Source: Chiloscyllium plagiosum | Taxonomy: Eukaryota | Reading direction: 5' to 3' | NCBI RefSeq assembly: GCF_004010195.1 | Contig: NC_057720.1 | Span: forward strand, 18,359,615 to 18,423,614 | Length of the DNA: 64,000 bases | Shown: positions 38,670 to 52,739 of the stretch, piece after piece | Numbering within the stretch: the first letter of the stretch is position 1 | Layout: each line of letters opens with the position of its first letter | The notes under the pieces: generated by a model | Told to the model about the DNA's origin: nothing | Databases searched by the model: none | The model's input: only the letters and a program-made list of their open reading frames with translations | Translations under genes and position numbers: made by a program

Positions 38670-40017
38670 CATAGAACACAGAACATTACAGTGCAGTACA
38701 GGCCTTTTGGCCGTCAATGTTGCGCCGACCTGTGGAACCAATCTGAAGCTCATCTAACCTACACTATTCCATTCTCATCCATGTGCCTAGCCAATGACCA
38801 ATTAAATGCCCTTAAAGTTGGCGAGTCTACTACAGTTGCAGGCAGTGCGTTCCATGCCCCTACTACTGAGTAAACTAACTACCTCTGACATCCATCCTAT
38901 ATCTATCACCCCCCAATTTAAGGCTATGTCCCCTTGTGCTAGCCATCACCATCTGGGAGAAAAGGCTCTCACTGTTCAACATAAGATAATCAGAGAGTTA
39001 GATATGTCTCAATTAAGTCGCCTCTCAACCTTCTTCTCTCTAACAAAAACACCCCCAGGTCCCTCTGCCTTTCTTTACAAGACCTTCCCTCCATACCAGG
39101 CAACATCCGAGTAAATTTCCTCTGAACCCTTTCCAAAGCTTCCACATCCTTCCTATAATGCGGTGACCAGAACTGTATGCAATACTCCAAATGTGGCTGC
39201 ACCAGAGTTTTGTACAGCTGCAGCATGACCTCATTGTTCCGAAGCTCAATCCTCTACCAACAAAAACTAAGACATATATGCCTTCTTAATAACCCCATCA
39301 ACCCGGGTGGCAACTTTTAAGGATCTATGTAGCTGGACACAAAGATCTCTCTGCTTATCTACACTACCGAGATGGTCAGGGAGCATCCAAGGAGTAGGAA
39401 AATCGACACTTCTGGCAAAAGCCCTTCATCAGCCCTGATGAAAGGCTTCTACCAGGAACGTCAATTTTCCTGCTCCTTGGATGCTGCCTGACCTGCTGTG
39501 CTTTTCCAATACCACTCAATCTAGACACTGACCTCCAGCATCTACAGTCCTCACTTGCGCCTACACCACAAAGAATCTTACTCTGCATTCCTGTTACTTC
39601 TTCCAAAGTGAATCACCTCACACTCTTCAGAATTAAATTCTATTTGCTACCTCTCAGCCCAGCTCTGCAGCTTATCTAAGTCTTCTGTAACCTACAACAT
39701 CCTTATTCACTATCCACAACTCCAAGAACTCAATAAGGTTTGAGAAGCATGACCTACTTTTCACAAAACAGTGTTGACTATCCCTAATCAACTTTTTCTT
39801 TTCTAGATGATTATAAATCCTCTCTTATAAACTTTTCCAACACTTCACCCACAACTGAAGCAAGGCTCACTGGTCCATAATTACCAGGGTTGTCTCTACT
39901 TCTCTTCTTGAACAAAGAAACATTTGCTATACTCCAGTATTCTGGTACTATTCCTGTCGACATGAAGATGACAAAGATCAAAGCCAAGGCTCAGCAATCT
40001 CCTCCCTGGCTTCCCAG
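38670..40017 (-). mobile_element. CR1 RT/3' fragment with deletions
   Basis: LQLYKTLVQPHLEYCIQFWSPHYRKDVEALERVQRKFTRML; tail at 38670. Confidence 0.88.
39373..39560. mobile_element. Fold-back PLE mini-element nested in the CR1
   Basis: gcatccaaggagtaggaaaatcgac...ttcatcag-cc-ctgatgaa...gtcaattttcctgctccttggatgc; imperfect 14-bp duplication at 39359-39372 and 39561-39574. Confidence 0.75.
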
Positions 40018-40149
40018 ATGCACACTTGTTCTTTTTTCCCTTAATTTCTATCTTCTGCGTCATTCAAGGAGCTCCAGATTTGGCATGTTTTGAGAAGATT
40101 TGTAGCTCAGGTTGAGGTTCTGGCTCTAGAAACAACTCTAGATTTGTTT

Positions 40150-40950
40150 TTTTTCCTGCCTTTCCCATATGAGGGAACACACTTCTATTGTATTCAAACC
40201 CATTTTCTCTTTAAAAGGTAACCCATTCCCACCAACCTGTCATTCCAGCCAAGTTATTTTTGCCTCATCGAAGGTCCACTCTTGACCAGTTGATTTTTCT
40301 TACTCTGATTGACCATTGTCCCAAACCTTTAGATATAATGACCACTGTCTCCTAAATATTTTCCAATGATACTTGATCTACTTGGTCCAACTCATTTCCA
40401 AAATCCAGGTCCAACTGTGTATCTTTCCTTGTTGAACTAGACACATACAGCTGTCAGAAATTCTTCTGAACACAATCTTGCTGTCCCTGCCCCTTACACT
40501 ATCAATATTCCAGTGAACACTGAAAAAAATTAAAGCCAATTATCCCTATTTCATGATGTTTGCATCTCCTTCTAATTTCCCTCAAGATGTGATTTTCATT
40601 CTTCCCACTAACTGGTGGCCTATAGGCTACACTATACAATATTATTGCACTCCTTTTGTTCCCTAGCTTCAGATTAATTGATTCTGCTCATGAATGCACT
40701 GGGACATGTTTTCTCTCCTGTAGTGCAATGCTGTCCCTAACTAATATTGTCACCACTTCTTTTTTTTTTTGCTTTTCTGAACACCGAGTACTGCGGAATA
40801 TTTAACACTCAGTCCAGACATTCCTTGAACCAGACTTCTGTTATTACCATGGCATCATGTTTCCACATGGCAAACTGTGTCTGTTAGTTCTCAATCTTAA
40901 TTATCACACTCCGTGCATTCATATAAATGCACAGTAATCTTGATTCAGAC
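40150..40950 (-). mobile_element. Highly degenerate CR1 endonuclease region
   Basis: Remnants similar to the CR1 endonuclease segment at about 16650-17300. Confidence 0.55.
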
Positions 40951-41004
40951 TTAACTTGCTCCGTTACTCCAACTCACATATTAACATGAAGCAAAGTTAC
41001 AACC

Positions 41005-41705
41005 TGATCCACAACCTGAGCTACAAATCTTCTACATGTGCAATGCGCTCAAACAGACAGACAAAGGGCACATGACTGTCATCCTGAACAGAACACAGTA
41101 CACTGAAAAAGCAAACACACTACTCATAGGTACCAACATCTACCAACAGGTGGCGATGGACCAGACTCCACAGCAAGAAAACCGTATTACAGCAACCCGA
41201 GGAAACTTCACAAGACAGGTGAAGTTAACAAGACAGACCCTCAAATAACGAAACCTGAAGGATCCAATATCGCTACGGATTACCAAAGGTACATAAACAA
41301 GGGGCCCCCCCTCTCAGACCCCACAGTCTCACTTCCCGGTACACCGACATACAGACTAGCAAGGGAACTGCAACGTAAACTGAAATACCTAGTAGAAGAC
41401 TCAAGCAACTTTATCCACTCCACCCAGGAATTCCTGATCAAGGTAGAGGAAGAGAAGGTCAGAGTTTCCTTCGACGTGATGGTCCTATTCACATCAATAA
41501 GCACCACCCTAGCAGAAGAAACACTGGCCTCACTGCTAGAAGAGCCAAAGACACAAACACCTGACAGCAGCAACTCCATCAGCAAGGATAGCATCCTCAA
41601 ACTAGTAGACCAGTCTCAAACAAATAAACCTGTTGGACCATAACCTGATATTGTGCGAGTTTGACCTTGTCCACCCCAGTCTAACACCAGAATCTCCACA
41701 TCATT
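41005..41705 (+). mobile_element. Penelope-like RT fragment, with PLE tails on both sides
   Basis: DKGHMTVILNRTQY, YGLPKVHKQG..PTVSLPGTPTYRLARELQRKLK..IHSTQEFL..VSFDVMVLFTSI are typical PLE RT motifs. Confidence 0.85.
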
Positions 41706-41914
41706 CAGGCAAAGGGAAATGTGTGGCTTGAGGGATGATGTACACGCATTCCTCCATTTCCATAAGCCTTCCATTTCTAAGAACTCCCATGTATGATGAA
41801 ATTCAAAAGAATGGAGTTCATTAAAAATAAGTTAAAACGGTTAAAAATATAATTGAAACTCAATTTTTGTCTATGAATACTGACATTTGTTAGTTTTTGG
41901 TGCAACTAGGAATT

Positions 41915-44900
41915 TAAAATCCTGTGTCCATGAACTCACGAATTGATGATACGGGGAGGGTTTCAGATTTTTGGGACATGGCAATCAGTTTCGAAAAACG
42001 AGAAAGCTGTTCGGAAGAGACTGGCTTCACCTGAGCCTAAATGGAACTATTCTTTTGGTTGTGTGTGTAAACAGCGTAGTGAGGATAGATATGAACTTGT
42101 AAGGTAGAGGGTGCATTGATAACTGGGCTTAGTTTTCAAAGTACTAGTGAGAGCAAAAGAGGGATGGTGAGCGGACAGAAGGATGAGGAAAGGTTTAAGT
42201 GTTGAGAATCAACCAAAGAAATGGTCAACTCCTAATGAGCAATAAATAGATAAAGGCAGGGTTAAATTTATGTATTGAAATGCATGGAGAACAAACTTGG
42301 GGAACTGGAAGCAGAAACTGCTCGATGTGTATTTGACAAAACAGCATTGACAGAAACAGGCTCATGCCAGAAAAGAACTGGATACTGGTTTTTAGTAGAA
42401 ACAGGGCGAGTGAAAAAAGCATGGTATCTTGTTCAAGATAGAACTCCTGCATTAGAAACTATATGGTCAGAGGTACAGGAAGGGAGCGGTGACTTTATTG
42501 GATATTTATTACGGACCTCCAAAGTGGGAACAAGACGACAGTATTTGTAGGCAGATTATGGAAACCTGCAGGACAGGTCAGGTTGCGATAATTGGTGATT
42601 TCAATTACCCTAGGGTCAACTAGGAATAAGGTAAAATGGGACATGGAAGGAAGAAATCCCTGCAATATGTGCAGGAGAACTTTATGGAATAGTGCATTTC
42701 TGCCCTACCAGGGAGGAAGCTGTACTGGATCTTGCCCTAGAAAATCAGGCAGGTCAAGCAGAGCACATCCACATGGGTGTGCATTTCAGAAATAGCAATA
42801 ATAATAAAATTAAATATTAAGTTGGAAAAAAATCAAATCAGTCAAGGATTAAGAGCCCCACTGGAAAACAGATTTCAGGGGTCAAAGTTGAACTGGAGGA
42901 AGTTGATTCAAAACGCATTTTGATGGATGAAGTAGATGAAAAATGAGAGACTTTCAAAAGGAGAGAGATGAATCGAGTCCAAGGTAAGTACATACCCATA
43001 AAATAAATACAGGGTACCCTTAGCTAGAATATCCTGAATGACAAATGATATTGATGAGAAAATGAGTAAAAGGAGACAGATAATGCATACTGAAATAATA
43101 ATGTTAGCAGTATAAATCAGAAAGAGGATCTCAAAATGCTAGAGAGAGGCCAAGGCTGGAAAAAGGAAGACTAAGAGGAAGCACGAGGAAAGGATGGCAA
43201 GGTTGCATTAAAACAAATTCTACACTGTTCTTCAAACATATTAACAGTAAAAAATTAGCTAAGGATAGAGTGGGTCCCAAAGAAACAAGCAGGGTAAACT
43301 GCTCACTGTCGCAAAGGCATGACAGAGGTACTAAGTGAATATTTTGCCTGTCTTAACCAAATTAGAAAATGTGGGTATTGAGCAACTGAACAGTATAATG
43401 AAAGATAAAGAGGTGCTAAAAGGGCTGGCAAGACTCTAGTTGTAGATGTCACCAGGCCTGGATGGAAAGCATCCTATCGGAGGTAAGAAGGTGAATTATG
43501 GAGTCATTGACAGAAATTCTACAGGTCTCTTTGAACACAGGATTAGTCCCTGGGGACTGGAGGATTGCAAATTTGACACTATTGATTAAGAGAGAGGAAA
43601 AGGATAGCTCACAAATTATAGACCTATTAGTTTGACGCCAACAGTGCATAAACTGATGGAGGTCATAATATAGGCTAAGATAAACATACACTTCAATAAG
43701 GTAATACTAGACAGTCAACACGGCTTTATCAAGGGTAGGTCATGTTTGACAACTTTAATGGAGTTCTTTGAGGAGGTGACACATGCAGTGGATGATGGTA
43801 CGGTTGTGGTTTGGACTTTATCAAATGCTTTCTTACAGTGCCTGGTAGGTTCATTTGCAAGTTGGAAATGTTTGGGATTAATGGGTCCTTGGCAGCAAGA
43901 GGGAAGGTATAGATGGGTATTTCTCAGACTGGAAATGAATCGAAAATGATGTACCAATGGATTGGTGTTGAGACCCTTGCTTTATTTTTGCTTTATATAA
44001 AATGATTTGGAGATGGATGTTGTGAGCAAAATCCCTTAAATGTATAGATGATACTAAGCAAGGGAGAATAGCGAATTGCGAGGATGATGCTGAGCAACTT
44101 GAGGGACATTGACAAGTTGGTCAAATAGGCAGATACCTGACAGATGAACTTCATTGCAGACAAATATGAGGTGATGCATTTTGGTTGAAAAACAAACCAA
44201 TATAGGCTCAAATGGTACAACTTCAAGGGGAGTACAGGAGCAGAGTGACACTTAGGGTTCACATGCATAATTCTCTAAAGGTGACTAGGCAAGGTGCAAC
44301 AGTTGTTAAGGCGGCTTACAGGATCCTTGGGTTTATGAATAGAGATACAGAGTATAAAAGCAAGGCAGTGATGGCTCACCTGCACAAATCATTGGTCAAA
44401 CATTTAGAGTATTGCTTTCAGTTCTGAGCACCTATTTAAAGAAGAATGTTGAATCCCTGGAGATGGTTCACAGGAGATTTACTAGAATGAAACCAGGAAT
44501 TATGGATTTTCAATACAAGGAAAGATTTGAGAAATTCAGCTTAATCTTCTGTGTTCCAAGGCGAATAAGAAGTGATCTTACTGAAGTGTTCAAAGTTATG
44601 AACAATTTTGACAGGGTTAAAGAGGATATTTTGTTTCCACTAGTTTGTAAGTCAGTAACTAAGAACCACAATTTCAAGCTTGCCAACGAGAGAGCTAGGA
44701 GTAAGTGGAGGAGAAATTTCTTTACTCAGTTGTTAGGATTTGGAATGTGCTACCTGGGAGAGTGGAGGGGGACTCCATTGGAGATTTCAGAGGTAAGTAT
44801 TTGAAAGCGATGAATTGACGGGGGCTATGGAGATAGGGCTGGAGAATGGGACAAGCTGGGTAGCTCCTTGGGAGACAGTACAGGCATGATGGGCTAAATG

Positions 44901-44925
44901 ACTTCCTTCAGTGCAACAATTCTAC
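41915..44925 (+). mobile_element. Long degenerate CR1 (esterase end, endonuclease, RT, 3' end)
   Basis: IIGDFNYP, NYRPISLT, QHGFIKGRSCLTTLMEFFEEVT and RRIRSDLTEVFKVM remnants. Confidence 0.85.
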
Positions 44926-47900
44926 ACACCCATGACTGACACCAGGAAGGCAACATATCATCTACTGCCACAGAAATGGCTGCCGATGGGATTTCAAAAG
45001 TACAAGACATTCTTGATGTAAAGCTATAATGTGTACTTTTACATCCTGTACAAACATTAGATTTTATCTTGCAGCTCTAGTGGAGTGGCAGAGAAGATTT
45101 CCAGAGCTCTGCACGCTTGTTTGGTGCTGTGAATCACTTACAGAAGTAAAAGCTGAAGGAAAAAAGATCTGAAACTTTTTGGTGACAAGAAATTATGTAG
45201 TTCCAGCACTTTTACGGTCTGCAGTGAATTCAAATTATTTTTGGTCATTTCAAATAGATGGAATCAACAGACTTCGAGTTGGTAGAAACATTAGTTTTCC
45301 CTTTATTATCTCCTTTATGATCAATCCATTTCTATACAATCAAATAATTAGAACATTTCAGCATTTAGCTTAGTATGCTTAATACAAATATTCCACTAGA
45401 ATGGTATCTTTGACAACTTATTCATAAATCGATGTCAAAATTGTACAAACAATACAAATTGGTTCGAATTGCGCATGACATTAATGTGGGCCTCCCTAAT
45501 TTTCTTAGCAGCAAATAGCATAATTGCTTTGACAGAGCACTTAGTTGTCAATTTCTGGTGTGTGATGTTCTCGGTTCCTCTATTTTCTCTCGATGCTTTT
45601 CGTCAGCACACACCTTGAGTTGTTCAGTGGCTCAAGGAGCCTGCTCCACTATTCAAGCAGCTCATGTCTGAACTTGTATATCAATCTTCTTAAATCTTTC
45701 CTTATTCACTGATGGACGCTAAAACAAGATCTGGGCAGGGATTTGGCATGAAGAACATTCACATTCCAAGGTTTTGTTTACATGATCCAGTAAAATACAC
45801 ACTAACACTGCTTTGAGATCATTTCTCCTGGCTAACAAGTCCAGAGATCGGGATCATCATTTGGGATAAGGGGGCATTTAGGACTGACAGGTGGAGAAAT
45901 TCCTTCACAAGAACGTTGTGAATATTTGACATTCTCCAGGCAAGAGCACCTTGAATGCTCGTTACTAGAGTGCATTTGAGATTAACTTTTGGTGACTAAG
46001 GTAGCAATGGTCATCTGCTGCATACTTATTACATGCTAAAATGACAGTGGAGCTGGTGGTGACTGAAAATTTTCCTGCATTGTTTCACTGAAAACACTGA
46101 ACCTCAGGGGACTGCCAGCAGAGACAGGCCAATAATTTTTGAAAGATGAGTTGTTTCTATTCAGTAACAGAAGGGCCACTGAAGACACATTTGGAGGGAA
46201 GGACTCAACAGTAACCACTGTTCCCTTGCCTCATGCAAGTACACTATTTAGTTGGTGGAACAATCTATGGCCAAAGCTTCAATTCTTCCTCACCCCTCCT
46301 CAGGGCAAATCTGCTCCCTTTAGGAAACAACAGGACAAGAGACTGGGGATCTCGTGATAAGGCCAGTGGCTTTTTGTATAGACTTAATACCAGCACACAC
46401 CGAGGCACATAACTCTTGCTTGGATGTCATCAATAGCGTTCATAAAGAGACTTGTTCATCTTTCCTTGTATCACATGCCGGAGATCTAAAGACTTATACT
46501 TTAAACAGCAACATAGAGTGGCTGACCAACATATCGGTCAGTTGAGCATAGTATCACTTGAATTTAAATGCAACATTATTTCATATCTGTCACAACGTTC
46601 CTACAATTCACTCCATTACATGACTGCATGGGAACGTTTTACTCTTACTTTCCATAGTGCAATCTGAGGTGGTCTGTCTCCTATGTAATATGTGGCATAC
46701 ATACATAAATAAAAATAAATGCATAAATATAGTTCCCTTTGGACATAATTAATGATATTTTGGGTCAGGTAAATTAACACATTATGGTTAGTATGCAAAC
46801 GGTTTGCTGTGAACATGGTGTCTTGCTAAAAATCTGGAATTTAGTGCAGGACAATTTCTTTTTCTTTTAAAAATATGGTTTCCATTTCCTGTATGGCCAT
46901 GTAACCAATCCAGTGCTACCATCCTTATGGTCTTCCACTTTCAATAGATTTGAGCAGCTGTGGCTGATGATTCCTTTCATAAGTACTCATGTAGCTTTGC
47001 ATTGAAACAGACATGAACAACTGCAGGGCATGTTTTGGTGGGTAAACCACCAACCGTGCTATTTGTGGCTCTTCGTCCTTGCTGCAAGCTACATTCAGTG
47101 TCAGTGCTTCCTTTATAAAACCTGGTTGATGCAGGCCTGTTGCACACAGAGATATATCTACACAGACATGTGCTGGCAAATTCTAAATAAAAATGCCATT
47201 GTGCACAGCAAATGCATGCTGATCCATACCCCAAAGACAAATATCAAGCAGATAGCACTTCCTGATCACTCCAGATGGTTCCCAGGTGGTGGCAATATCA
47301 TGCTGATTAACCTTGAGATAGAGACAGAATATATACATAAATATACAAGACTCCTTGTTAAAATAAAGTCAAGGATATTATTTCATATTTTAATAACCTA
47401 ACTAGCATACATAAAAGAATATTTACTGTGTTCATGTGTGCAGAATCAAAGCGCTTAGCTAAATGAAAAATGGCAAAAAATTGGGACATTATTGCAAGTT
47501 TTCTCATTGATTAATAGGTTCTCTCAAATTCATTTTTAAAAAAATAATTCCAAGAAATAACATGCAAGCAATGGGATAGGTAAAGAAAATGATGTAACAA
47601 ACTTACCTGAACAACTGGATAATACATCCAAATTTGATGTAGAACCAGACTGTTGTGAACCAATGAGAATAGGAAAAAAAAATCTAAACATGGAAAAACC
47701 TTAATAAACAAAATCATAAATAAAATTATGTTATAATGCTAACACACAAAGACACTGAAGAGAGAAATGAGAACAATTCAAGATTTATCAAGAGCACTCT
47801 CAAAAATGCTGAGGAATAAGTGTGCTCACATACTTTCTCCATAGGGACAGAGAGGTGTGGTCTGTCTTACTCTTCTTTGAACTGGTATTGTTAAAACAAC

Positions 47901-48801
47901 ACTCACCAACAGATGTCTACACTTCACTGAAGTTGTACTTTTTCCAGAGAAAGCTTTGATACAGCCTTTTCTCAAATGAAACAGAAACTTGGTAACTTAG
48001 CACACATTGTTGTCAAGTCTGCTACTCAGCAGATTGACCACACAGCACAGGTATACATATAAATTGCTGCAGAGACTTTAGTAACAATAAATATACACAA
48101 AAGTTCAAAAACCATAATTTATTTGAAGAAATTGATGCAGCGTTCTATTTGAAAGTTTTTTGTTGTACAGGTTACAACAATGGCTTTGTTGGCTTGATTT
48201 TTTATATGCAGAAGCATGGGGAAGACAAGAAAGGAAGCCTTCAGATTCAGTGAATAATATGATGCAACAATGGTCATAGAAGTAATTTCAGCACTTCAAC
48301 TAATTCCAGGTAAAGCACCTACTTAAACAAAACCTCTACGTAATTTTCATACAATTTTTGCTGTTCCAAGTAATGCATTCTGTCCATATTATAATATGGG
48401 TTTTTGTAGGGCGTATGTGTTTACAAGGACCTGAAACATCTATAATAAGTACTGATGAACATACAACTGAAAAGCAGTAAGAGACTATGTGGCTGTTAAC
48501 TCTACAAGACTAAAAACATATTTTAGAAACAAATTTATTTCATAAATCCATGTTTTAAATTTAATGACAGGCAGAGAAAGAACTACTGCATAATTCACAC
48601 AAAAATTTCACTATCTTTACATTTCACTATGAAGATGCTAATTATAAAGCAAACTTTTTTCTATTACTAGGAGACATCTTTCATTTAGCATTTGAATTAA
48701 TACAGAATGATTAAACCATAAAAAGGGACAAAATATTAATTTACCTTTTAGATGTGACAATGTGATACAGTTAATACATTTAAACCAAACAGCAGATGCT
48801 A

Positions 48802-48987
<186 letters not shown>

Positions 48988-49855
48988 TTATTAACCTCAA
49001 AACAAATTATGCATGCTTCAACATCCTAAAACAGATTTCCTTTTAAAAACATACAAACTAATTCAGTATCACAGGTATCCAATGGTTTGGAGTTCAATAG
49101 ATATCAGATTAATAGAAATTTAAAAATAATCTAGAAATAGGAAATGACGATGACCATATCGACTGTTTGAGAATGTGTATAGGGTCTGAGCAGGTTGGGA
49201 AAGAGTTAAGTTTTGAGTTTTGTGAAACAAAAAAAGGTTCAATTAGCATGACTCAGTTCAGATAAGAATTTACAGTGAACAATGAGGTGCTGGAGGCAAG
49301 GGTAGTGGGTTAACAAGGTGGAAAAACATTCGTTATGTAAAACCATTTAACAAGATGAAGAAACATTCAGTATGTAAAGTCTGTTAACAAAGTCAAAAGT
49401 ATTCATTCTGTAGTGCCAGTTAACAAGGTTAAAACATTCATTGTGTAACAGCAGAAGGCTTAATCTTTACTCCTGACACTTGCTGATTGTAATGGTCACC
49501 CAATCAATATGCATGTTGCCTTATCTGGATGCTCCTCCCTGCAAGGTGACTATGAATTTCATTAAGAATTTGCTGTTCAAGAGAAGACTGAGAACTCATG
49601 TCTCTGTGCACATGGGCATTCATTCAGTCTCCCTCTAGACCCAGAATAAAGTTGTAGGAGGTAAAACTAGACTGCATCTGAGCATTTTACTTTGACTGAG
49701 ACATGAATGGGATGACATGTTGCGCCGGCTTCTTGTTCACTTATTTTCTCCTGAAGGGAGGGTATCACTAGCAAGACTTGAATTTGTTCTCCATCCCCAA
49801 GTGCTCTTTAAATTAGCAAGTTGCTAGGACTGATCTGTTGTGGGGAAGGTATCAG

Positions 49856-49968
49856 GAGAAAGTGAGGACGACAGATGCTGGAGTCGAGAGCGTGGTGCTG
49901 GAAAAACACAGCAGGTCAGGCAGCATCTGAGGAGCAGGAGAATCGCTTCGAGCATAAGCCCTTCATCA
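49856..49968 (-). mobile_element. Solo PLE pLTR insertion
   Basis: The minus strand starts at the (c)tgatgaagggcttatgctcgaa hammerhead segment; 12-bp duplication ggaaggtat(c/t)ag at 49844-49855 and 49969-49980. Confidence 0.72.
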
Positions 49969-50543
49969 GGAAGGTATTAGAATCAGACGGTTATAAATTG
50001 GATTCAAAGAAAATCTCAAAAATAATTGGGAAAAGTCAATCTAGTTTTGATAAACGGAAAACCATGTTTAACTATTTTTACAAATGTTTTCAAGGAATTA
50101 CATGGACTATGGATAAAGGGGAGCTCATTGGTGTACAGTGTTTAGATTTCCAGAAAGCACATGAAAAGGTGCAAAGTAGGATTCTTTGGTGCAGGAAATA
50201 ATAAATTAACATGTTAACATGGATGGAAGATGGATTGGCTGGCAGAAAGCACAGTATACATAAATGGGTCTTCTTCAGATTGATGTACATTCTCATAGCC
50301 TCATCCAAGGGATTGGCATGATAGCAAATGTGCAGATGCTAAGATAGATAGCTAAGTATTTTGTGAAGAAAACATTACAAGGACGCAGACTAATATAGGT
50401 ACAGTATAATGTGGGAAAATGTGAAGTTATTTACTTTGGCAGGAAGAAAATAAAAGCAGAATATTAATTAATAACTGCACAATTCTGACACACAGAGGGA
50501 TCGAGATGTTTAATGCATAATTTACAAAATGTTTGTATGCTGG

Positions 50544-51518
50544 TGTTATAAAGTGGAGGTTTGCTGGTGTTATAAAGTGGAGGTTGACTCCCCTCAGACC
50601 TAAAACTGAAACACTTAAAGAGGAGCACCTCACCCTACAATGTGTAAAGAGAATGTGAAAAGTTGTGTAACCTGCTTTTCAGCAACCTCTAGTAGTTAAA
50701 TAAAGTAAATTGCTGATATTCACCTTAAAGTTAACAAGTTACAATTTAGCTAACTAACAGTGAACAAATTAATTAAGCTATTAACAAATCAGATAAATCC
50801 CTTCTAATTACTAACTATTCCAAAATAAAACAAGATTCTAATGGTATGCTGTTTCAATAAATAAAAATCCCACTTATAACAAAATTAAGAATTTAGTGTC
50901 TCAAAATTCCAGCCAGGTAACATGTCTTCTGGAATGTTCTGTGCCTTCCTCTGTTGAGTCCTTCTATTAGGAACGCTTTCTCAGATTCTTCTGTCAGAAA
51001 CACCTTTTCCTCTGATTCTTCAAGGTTGGTTTCGTTATTATTTAGGTAACGTTTTCTGTAATACCTAGATGAATGAGAGTGTCAATTTCTCTCAAGAGAA
51101 CAGAGCGCTGTTAGCTCTGGGATATTTGTCCAACTGCCCCCTTTTTTTATACTCATGACGATGTAACAATATTCCTTACATAGGATTGGTCCTATGTTGT
51201 CAAAACCAGATTTAAGTTGAATAGATTTTTGGCATCTAAATGCTTGGTTAAAATTGACTGGCTGAATTCAAAACCTTTTGTCTTGATAAAAACTGCTACT
51301 TGGCCAGCTAACTGTACCTTTTGATACAAATGTTTCAGTTTGCGTTCCCTGTGCACTTGCAAACCCCAAAGCTGCTCATAGACATCCATTTTAATCTCTA
51401 AGCGCAGAAAAGAACACCATCTTTTAAAGAGACCAAGCAATGCTTTCCCCATTTTACAAACACTAAATTCTAACTTTCTGCCTCCCAATCTACAATTACT
51501 CTACCCAACTTCCCAACA
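50544..51518 (-). mobile_element. Candidate solo LTR (about 970 bp)
   Basis: TGTT...AACA termini; near 4-bp duplication ctgg/cagg; TATAAAAA on - at about 51143-51151; CR1 resumes on both sides. Confidence 0.55.
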
Positions 51519-51898
51519 CAGGTATAGCAAGGTATAGCAAGTGATTGAGCTGGCTAATGGAATGCTATCCTTCATTATGACTAACTGAACAAAAACGTAA
51601 GGATAATAATTTTAATTTAGACAGGAAATTGATGAAGTCACATCTTGAATATGGTGACCAGTTTTGCTCCCTTTAAGGAACAATGTAAATTCATTGGAGA
51701 TAGTTGAGACAAGATTACTGCATTCATACCCAGAATGCAGGAGTTACCTGAGGAGCAAAGTGTGAACAGATTGGGCTTGCTTCTTTTAGAGCTTAGAACA
51801 CAGAGTGCTGACTTGACTGAAGTGTGTAATATCTTGAATGGTCTTGACAAAATGGACATGAAAAGGGTGTCATCTATTGTCAGAATGTACAGACTATT

Positions 51899-52130
51899 TG
51901 GGGTCACCTACCTCAGTTAGCTGGACATCTAATTTACAATGTAGAATGATACCAACTGCACGGGTTCAATTCCCGCACCAGCTGAGGTTATGATTAAGGA
52001 CAATCCTTTCCAACCTCTTCCCTCTTGAGGCATGGTGACCCGCAGGATAAGCCACCAACAGTCTCCTCTCTCCATAATGAGTGCACAGCCCTAATGTCTG
52101 GTGAGATAATGGTGAATTTACCTTACCTTT
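51899..52130 (+). mobile_element. tRNA-derived SINE of a non-HE1 family
   Basis: ctcagttagctgg A-box-like, ggttcaattccc B-box and (ttacc)n tail. Confidence 0.7.
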
Positions 52131-52739
52131 ATCTTTTAGAGAACTACTTGGCATTGTTTCAAAAATTAAGATTCACTCTCAGAGAGGTACTATTTTCCCC
52201 CTCAGAAGACTGTGCCTCACAAGGCATTAGATGCAGGGCCATTAAATAGTTTTAAAAGGAGAGTTCTTTTCAGTTAAGAGACTTCAAGGTTAAACTGGGA
52301 GGTAAATGGGAATGTGAACTTTGGGACACAAAAACAGACCAACCATAAACTTATTCAATGGTGGAATAGGCTTGAAGGGGAGAATGGCACACTTCTGCAC
52401 CTAATTCATAGGAAGGCAGAAAGCAGTTAAAAGTCAACTACATTGCACAAGGTGCAAATCACTTGTAAGCCAGGCCAAGTGAGAATAACAGATTTCCTTT
52501 CCTAAAGGAATTAGTGAACTGGATGGGAATGACAATCTACAATGGTTTCACGGCCACCATAACAATATTAGCTTTGAACTCCACATTTGTTTGTTGAATT
52601 TAAATTCCACCAGCTACCACAGTCGGATTTGAAGTTGTGTTTCCACAGCATTGTACTGGACCTTTCACACAGGTATCTAACATAGCCTTAGTTATATTCA
52701 ACACAGCAGGAAAATTTTTTAAAACAATCTGCAGCCCTG

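Larger units (their letters stand above)
49985..52410 (+). mobile_element. Degenerate CR1 RT to 3' end with a nested candidate LTR and SINE
   Basis: MDKGELIGVQCLDFQKAHEKV and LELRTQSADLTEVCNILNG remnants. Confidence 0.75.
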
